Shown here in pieces: positions 58,768-64,000 of a stretch of 64,000 nucleotides of DNA; position 1 is the first letter of the stretch; the number at the start of each line of letters is the position of its first letter. The notes under the pieces are model-generated. The model saw only the letters and a program-made list of their open reading frames with translations. It was not told where the DNA came from and ran no database searches. A program made the position numbers and the translations under genes. This DNA is from Deltaproteobacteria bacterium TL4. GTDB taxonomy: Bacteria; SAR324; NAC60-12. The stretch is from contig JBBCAX010000150.1 in NCBI GenBank assembly GCA_051382335.1, positions 30,727 to 94,726 of the forward strand, written 5' to 3'.

Positions 58768-61053
58768 TCATTCCAGGGGAATCTTGACCGTAAAAGTCGT
58801 TCCCTTGTGTAAAGTTGAGTCAATATATATTTTTCCCTTTAAGGAATCACGTATTGTGGTTAGCACAGCATCCATACCTACACCACGGCCTGAGACCGAA
58901 GTAACAGATTCGGCTGTGGAAAAGCCTGGTCGAAATATCAACTCTTGACTTTCCTTTTCTGTCAGAGCACGGGCTTCTTCGACTGAAATGAGGCCTTTCC
59001 GAAGGGCAACCTCCTTTAATTTTTCAGCATCAAGCCCCCTACCATCATCTGAAATAGAAATATTGAGGAATTGATCATCGCTACTAACCGTAAGTTTAAC
59101 CTGACCCTGTTCCGGTTTGCCTTGCGCTTTACGTTCCTCCCAAGGTTCGATCCCATGATCAAAGGAGTTGCGGATAAGATGAACAAGCGGAGTATTTAAC
59201 TCATTAGCCACATCGCAGTCAATCCTGGTTTTGTCTTCCACCGTAAAAGAAATATCTTTTTCAAGGCGTTCTATGAGTCCGGGAACGATTTTAATGGAAC
59301 GGGCCAGAGCTTTGTTAACGTCCAGTTGCCGCAATGTTCTCAGTCTGGAAACAATCTCTTTTTTAGGTTCATCCGGAATAAACATGGTCGAAATGTCATA
59401 CATCTGCTGTTTGATTTCACTGGAGGAAATACGAAGTTGAAGATCACCACTTTCGTCTAATATGTGTCCTAATAGTTTTTCTGTTTTTTCAGCCACTTCG
59501 CTCATTTCTCCAGTCAATTTAACAAGAGCCGCTTCGGTTTCTTCCATGACCTCTGCTGCGATTTCTGTACTTTCCCGCAAGTCGCTCAAGCTATTTTCCA
59601 ATTCCGCGGCAAGGCTGGCGATAGAGTCGAGATTGAAGGCTCCAGCAGTTCCCTTGATGGTGTGGACACCCCGAAACAGTTCATTAACTGCCGGGCGCGG
59701 GTCTTCTAATGTAACCATTTTATTTACCAGCGTTTTGGCATTCAGCAGTGTTTTCTTACCTTCTACCAGAAATTCACAGAAAAGATCAGCGTCTTCGGCA
59801 ATGGCTTTGAGGAAGTGGTTTTCCCCTACGGAAAGGGCCATTTCAGCTTCCATTTCTTTGGCGCTGGTGATATCTTCCATGACCACCAGGATGTCATTGG
59901 TTTTGTCTTTTCGTTCAATCACATGATATTCAAGATGAAGCCACGTACCTCTTTCATTATTCAGTTGCAGCTCAGCAAAAGGGTTCATCATCTGCATATC
60001 GTCTTCCGGCAGAAGTAATTGACGAAAAATATCCAAAAACTCCACCATCTTATTCCGATCCTCTCCTCTGCGTTTGGTGATTCCCAAAGTATCCAGGAAA
60101 TCCCGTCCCCGCAGTTCTTTCAGCCCCAGAATCTTCTCACAAGCAGAGGAATACTCAGGATTGATACGAAGATCCTGGTTGACGGAAAGAAGTCCGACTG
60201 GCACCGTATTCATAATCATTCGCATTTCCGCACTGCGTTCAGCCACGAGTTTGTCCAGATTACTCATGGTTTCGTTAATGGTTTTAAGCATGAGATTGAA
60301 AGCCTTTGCCAGTTTTCCCAGTTGTTCGTCCTCATGTTCAGGCATCTCCGCAGCAAAGTTGCCCTCAGAGACAGCGGAAATTGTATCAACAATTTCATCA
60401 ATTAAAGCGCCTCGAAAAATATCTTTTTCTTTAAGGGTTTCGCATTCCTGTTCACGTTTCTTGGTCCATGAAACATTTTGTGTTCTTAGGTTTTCATACT
60501 CTTTTTCCAGTTTTCGGATTGCGTCTATGGCCAACTCTGCCAGGTTTTGGGATGGGGGAAGCTTTTCAGCTATCTGTTCCGCACCGGCTACGATCTCAAC
60601 TTTAGACACCTCGGTTTTTGGGTCCCCGTCCGCTTGTCCGTTTTCCTTTGCCTGTGGTTTTTGTTTCACAACCATGTTTTCGGCTTTTTTGATAAGATCC
60701 TCCAACGTTGAGTTTCCATCAAACTTGGTTCCAACATCCGCACCTGTCTTTGCGACAATAAGCGCCCGTCGAGCCTGATTAACAAAACAACTGTCATTAT
60801 GGCTTTCCTCACACTGTCCACAAAGCCCTCCGACCGCTTTCAGCGCTTTGTCGAGTTCAGGCATCTCATATTGAGAGGAATCTTCGGGCAATTGTTCAAT
60901 AACATTTTCCGAATTGACCTGCCGATGATTCTTGACAAAGTCCATGAGAATATTGGCTGCCAGATTTGCCAAGGTATGCTCATTTCCCTTTCCCGCGATT
61001 TTCTTTGTTAATTGATGGGCCTTAAATGTATCTTTATGACTTCCTACCGGCAT
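58768..61053 (-). CDS. Soluble CheA-like histidine kinase: Cys/His N-terminal domain, HAMP, PAS, Hpt, HATPase; no CheW domain
   Basis: CGQCEESHNDSC; HAMP (EQLGKLAKAFNLM); PAS (MNTVPVGLL..INPEYS); LFRGVHTIKG; LVHLIRNSFDHGIE, DDGRGLD, IFRPGFSTA..VSGRGVGMD; ends FTVKIPLE; no TM. Confidence 0.92.
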   Translation of the reverse strand: MPVGSHKDTFKAHQLTKKIAGKGNEHTLANLAANILMDFVKNHRQVNSENVIEQLPEDSSQYEMPELDKALKAVGGLCGQCEESHNDSCFVNQARRALIVAKTGADVGTKFDGNSTLEDLIKKAENMVVKQKPQAKENGQADGDPKTEVSKVEIVAGAEQIAEKLPPSQNLAELAIDAIRKLEKEYENLRTQNVSWTKKREQECETLKEKDIFRGALIDEIVDTISAVSEGNFAAEMPEHEDEQLGKLAKAFNLMLKTINETMSNLDKLVAERSAEMRMIMNTVPVGLLSVNQDLRINPEYSSACEKILGLKELRGRDFLDTLGITKRRGEDRNKMVEFLDIFRQLLLPEDDMQMMNPFAELQLNNERGTWLHLEYHVIERKDKTNDILVVMEDITSAKEMEAEMALSVGENHFLKAIAEDADLFCEFLVEGKKTLLNAKTLVNKMVTLEDPRPAVNELFRGVHTIKGTAGAFNLDSIASLAAELENSLSDLRESTEIAAEVMEETEAALVKLTGEMSEVAEKTEKLLGHILDESGDLQLRISSSEIKQQMYDISTMFIPDEPKKEIVSRLRTLRQLDVNKALARSIKIVPGLIERLEKDISFTVEDKTRIDCDVANELNTPLVHLIRNSFDHGIEPWEERKAQGKPEQGQVKLTVSSDDQFLNISISDDGRGLDAEKLKEVALRKGLISVEEARALTEKESQELIFRPGFSTAESVTSVSGRGVGMDAVLTTIRDSLKGKIYIDSTLHKGTTFTVKIPLE

Positions 61054-61066
61054 AGTTTTTTCTCCA

Positions 61067-61642
61067 TTATATTTTTCCCATGGGATTCATAATATTAAAA
61101 TTTGCTGAAATCGTTGTAAATTCAAGACAACCTGAGGTACACCACCTGGCGCAAATACCACATAGGATACAAGTTCTGCTCTGTATGTGGGCAAGATTAT
61201 TCGTGACACGGATACTGGAATCGTCACAAGCAATGACACATCGTCCGCATCCAATACAACCTTGCAGACAAAATTGTTTTTGAGCTTCCTCGTCAAGTTT
61301 ACTGCGGCAAAGAACCTGAATGCGAAGGTTTCGACCTGTTAAGTTCATCGTTTTCCGTGGGCAGACGGAAACACATAAACCACAGCCAACGCATTTATCC
61401 CGATCAATGACCGGGAGCATTTTAGCCGAAAGTTGAATGGCTTCTTCCTCGCAAACTTTTTGACAATCCCCCAGTCCTAGACACCCAAAGGAACAAACTG
61501 TATCTGGTTGGCTTTCGTGAGCGGCAGCACAGGTATCAAACTGTTTAGCTAAACGTCGGCGCGAATTAAACTTTCCCCCACGACATCGGACAAGAGCAAC
61601 CTTACGTTTTTTTTCGGAACTCACTGAATTCTTTTCCACCAT
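61067..61642 (-). CDS. RnfB-like polyferredoxin lacking the N-terminal anchor
   Basis: 21 Cys; VALVRCRGG, CSFGCLGLGDCQKVC, CVGCGLCVSVCP, CIGCGRCVIAC, CILCGICARWC. ATG overlaps the upstream TGA; alternative GTG at 61645. Confidence 0.88.
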   Translation of the reverse strand: MVEKNSVSSEKKRKVALVRCRGGKFNSRRRLAKQFDTCAAAHESQPDTVCSFGCLGLGDCQKVCEEEAIQLSAKMLPVIDRDKCVGCGLCVSVCPRKTMNLTGRNLRIQVLCRSKLDEEAQKQFCLQGCIGCGRCVIACDDSSIRVTNNLAHIQSRTCILCGICARWCTSGCLEFTTISANFNIMNPMGKI

Positions 61643-62736
61643 CACCTTAGATTAAGGTCAGTTCTCATGGTGTTCACTCCTACTCCCCGTGCTAAGGAAC
61701 GGAACAACTTCTGAACAACATCATACCCCATCTCAACGCCTTCAAATGCAGAAGACACCTTCGCAATAACATCCCCTTGGCGTTTTTCGGCTTCCTGACG
61801 GCCCAAACGTTCAAGGACCTTATAGAGACGTTCCCCTTTATTGGCTTGGGATTCATACCATTCCAGAATTCGTTTGATCAACGGGACCACCTCCTTTTGA
61901 GTCACGCTCTCAGTCAGTTTAATTCCTTGAAAATGAACGGCGCTGGCCGCACCTCCCACAAAGATGGCGTAGGTTCCCTCTTGAGCGATCAAACCAATAT
62001 CGACACAAAAACATTCCATACAATTTCTGGCACAATCAGATATCGCGATTTTTACATCGAATTTCATGGGAAGACCGAACAAGGCGTTGTCTACTTCTAT
62101 GGCAAGACCTAACGCATCCGTTCCCTGGGATAAATGACAAAGAGCTCCACAGCATCCGCGAATGTTCCGGATTCCGTGATGGAGCACGCCCACGCGAAGA
62201 CCGACGGATTCCATGTCTTTTGACACGGTTTCTATCTGCTCTGGTTTAAGAAGTAAGATCACACGTTGAGCATGGGTTAATTTAGCGACCCCTGCTCCCT
62301 GTTTGGTGATTTCAGCAATCTTTGCCAACTGATCTCCATTCAGCAACCCTGCTGGAACGTTGACCAAAGTGGCAAAGGCTCCATTCGTTTGTTTAAGTCC
62401 CAAGGCCCACAGGGGGTGGTCTCCTTCGTCTTTTTTCGAACCGGATTTCCCTTTGAGAAAATTAATGGTCATTTCCGTATAGCGGTCATCTAGCGCCATC
62501 ACCTCAATAGTAATGGCGTAACCTTCGCCTGCTTCTTTACAATCGACCACCTTTCCTTTTACCTCCACAATATCGCCAATTGGCAGATCAACCCCAAAAT
62601 AAACAATAGTTTCTGATTCAGCTTCATCATCGCTTCCCACAACCGTTGTGAAAGATTCCTTTACCTCTACCAAGTTTTCTGCCAGTCCAATTTCCTCATA
62701 ATCCAGTATTACATCTTCTATAATGATCTCTGCCAT
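61642..62736 (-). CDS. Nitrite/sulfite reductase ferredoxin-like plus 4Fe-4S/siroheme-type domain protein with an extra N-terminal (PilZ-like) domain
   Basis: VPAGLLNGDQLAKIAEI..KLTHAQRV; RNIRGCCGALC; KIAISDCARNC...DIGL; GERLYKVLERLG; GAGGAG RBS. Confidence 0.85.
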   Translation of the reverse strand: MAEIIIEDVILDYEEIGLAENLVEVKESFTTVVGSDDEAESETIVYFGVDLPIGDIVEVKGKVVDCKEAGEGYAITIEVMALDDRYTEMTINFLKGKSGSKKDEGDHPLWALGLKQTNGAFATLVNVPAGLLNGDQLAKIAEITKQGAGVAKLTHAQRVILLLKPEQIETVSKDMESVGLRVGVLHHGIRNIRGCCGALCHLSQGTDALGLAIEVDNALFGLPMKFDVKIAISDCARNCMECFCVDIGLIAQEGTYAIFVGGAASAVHFQGIKLTESVTQKEVVPLIKRILEWYESQANKGERLYKVLERLGRQEAEKRQGDVIAKVSSAFEGVEMGYDVVQKLFRSLARGVGVNTMRTDLNLR

Positions 62737-62812
62737 AGGGATCTCCTCTCAGATTAATTGTGTATTAAAAATTTCATAACTCATAGATATGCTTATACAA
62801 TACCTTCGCCAA

Positions 62813-64000
62813 TTATGAGGCTTTTCGTGTTATCGATTTTAAACAATTTGCTACTAAACGCAAAGATTTTTCTGTAATCTTGGCAAACTCGATACCCACT
62901 GTTCCTTTTTCCCCGTTTTCTTTGTTTTGCGTTGGATCAGTTAGTGGTGTAATCTCAGCAAACTCGATACCCACTGTTCCTTTTTCTTCATTTTCAAGAA
63001 CTTTTGTTTCTTTTTCCCCATTTTCTTTGTTTTGCGTTGGATCAGTTAGTGGTGTTTTGTCTTTAATAATCGGCTGATTTTGAGAGTTATGGATGCGGCC
63101 AATATTTGCCATAGTTTTTTGGAGTTTTTCAAAAGAAATGATCTCTTGAATTTGAGGGTCCATTTTTAATACCTGTTCCAGGTAAAATAAGCCCTGGAAG
63201 TGTGCCTTTAAATCGAGCATACTGGTAGAATTGGCATCCTGTATTTGTGATGCGATAATGCGTGAAAAGTTCACCATAAACATCGATAAATTGGCTGCGT
63301 TTTTGACCTGAGTTTCTTCGATATTCATAAAGTCCTCAAGACCCCAATACTGTTTGGCATCTCGAAAAGTAAATTCAATTTGGAAGCGCAAACGATAATA
63401 ATGAATCATATTGTCCCAAGACAATTCGAGATCATTACTGTACAAAATAACCTGAGCCACTTTATCATCAGAAATTCGTCGATGTTGGATGATTGTAACA
63501 TTGAGAGGGTCCGGAAAATCTTTATGTAACAACTCGCTCTGATAGGTTTTTTCCTCTATTCCATCTTTCAACGTTGTTTCTACCAAATATTCAGCAGGAA
63601 GATTGCTATAGTTGACCTTGTTTCCATATTTTTTTTTGGCTCCTTTTCCATTTTGCTCTCCTTTGTAGGGAAACCACAAAGCTGACTTACATTGAAGTTT
63701 GGAGATCAATGACAATCCACAACCTTTGACCATTTGTAGGCATTCATTGTTACCAAAAGCGCCGTCATAGACAAAGTAGGCAATCTGAATCCGGGTTCCA
63801 ATCATCTTAAGCGTTTTAAGAATATGTTCTTGGAGACATTTCAAATAGTCGGTTAATTCAGCATCTTGACTGTTTTTATTTTTACTCCCTTTAGGTCGTC
63901 CTCGTTGACCCTTTCCTTTTTTTTCTTTTTTGATTTTCGTCTCTCTTTTCATATCAGGATCTAAGGGTTCCATGAGCAAGGGAGAGGCTTGTCCGGAAGA
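62813..64000 (-). CDS. DDE transposase, 5'-truncated by the window edge
   Basis: Frame open to 64000; RGRPKGSKNK, VYDGAFG, YRLRFQIEFTFRDAKQ (YxxRxxIExxFRxxK signature). Confidence 0.92.
   Translation of the reverse strand, partial: SSGQASPLLMEPLDPDMKRETKIKKEKKGKGQRGRPKGSKNKNSQDAELTDYLKCLQEHILKTLKMIGTRIQIAYFVYDGAFGNNECLQMVKGCGLSLISKLQCKSALWFPYKGEQNGKGAKKKYGNKVNYSNLPAEYLVETTLKDGIEEKTYQSELLHKDFPDPLNVTIIQHRRISDDKVAQVILYSNDLELSWDNMIHYYRLRFQIEFTFRDAKQYWGLEDFMNIEETQVKNAANLSMFMVNFSRIIASQIQDANSTSMLDLKAHFQGLFYLEQVLKMDPQIQEIISFEKLQKTMANIGRIHNSQNQPIIKDKTPLTDPTQNKENGEKETKVLENEEKGTVGIEFAEITPLTDPTQNKENGEKGTVGIEFAKITEKSLRLVANCLKSITRKAS
62883..63055. repeat. Interleaved direct repeats in the transposase 3' end
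   Basis: GCAAACTCGATACCCACTGTTCCTTTTT twice and TTTTCTTTGTTTTGCGTTGGATCAGTTAGTGGTGT twice; protein TPLTDPTQNKENGEK x2 and EKGTVGIEFA x2. Confidence 0.9.

Larger units (their letters stand above)
62798..64000 (-). mobile_element. Insertion sequence (IS4 superfamily/IS701-like), left part outside the window
   Basis: DDE transposase ORF; CAATACCTTCGCCAA at 62798, next to the stop codon, is a plausible terminal repeat whose partner is not visible. Confidence 0.7.

Noticed and set aside
58622..58948. 108-aa plus-strand ORF or missing CheW domain
   Set aside because: Mostly antisense to the kinase; no CheW-like sequence recognised after the kinase stop.
60785..60822. c-type heme motif in the kinase N-terminus
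   Set aside because: Spacing is CxxC-x3-H, not CxxCH, and the protein has no export signal.

Overview
Bacterial chromosomal window. The gene content (MXAN_5808-like S41 protease, delta-type FliM, class I adenylate cyclase-like protein, many PP2C/two-component genes) suggests a deltaproteobacterial-grade lineage such as SAR324; this is inference only. About 1-34 kb is mostly housekeeping and envelope genes: aroA (partial), mrp/apbC, TMTC-like GT-C/TPR protein, S41 protease, a divergent class I adenylate cyclase-like protein, efp-epmA, argF, gltA, orphan fliM, fdx, panB, an RNase II family gene, tmRNA, ceramidase, M48 peptidase, TraB, an ECF sigma/anti-sigma operon, lptC, three glycine-zipper paralogues and a PAP2 phosphatase. 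About 34-58 kb holds nested TA-bounded MITE/REP-like elements, parC, an S12 hydrolase-porin pair, an Hsp70-like gene, a signalling cluster, an atypical trpC, an ankyrin-J-domain gene and serA-serC. The most interesting region is 58.2-64 kb. There a tightly coupled three-gene operon lies between mobile-element debris (dispersed repeat, hicAB fragments, group IIC intron 3' end) and an IS4-superfamily transposase. It encodes (i) a PilZ-like domain fused to a nitrite/sulfite-reductase module, (ii) an anchor-less RnfB-like polyferredoxin and (iii) a soluble CheA-like kinase with no CheW domain and an N-terminal CxxC-x3-H-x3-C domain. This is a candidate receptor-independent redox-sensing system. 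All family calls come from motif recognition by eye; no searches were run.
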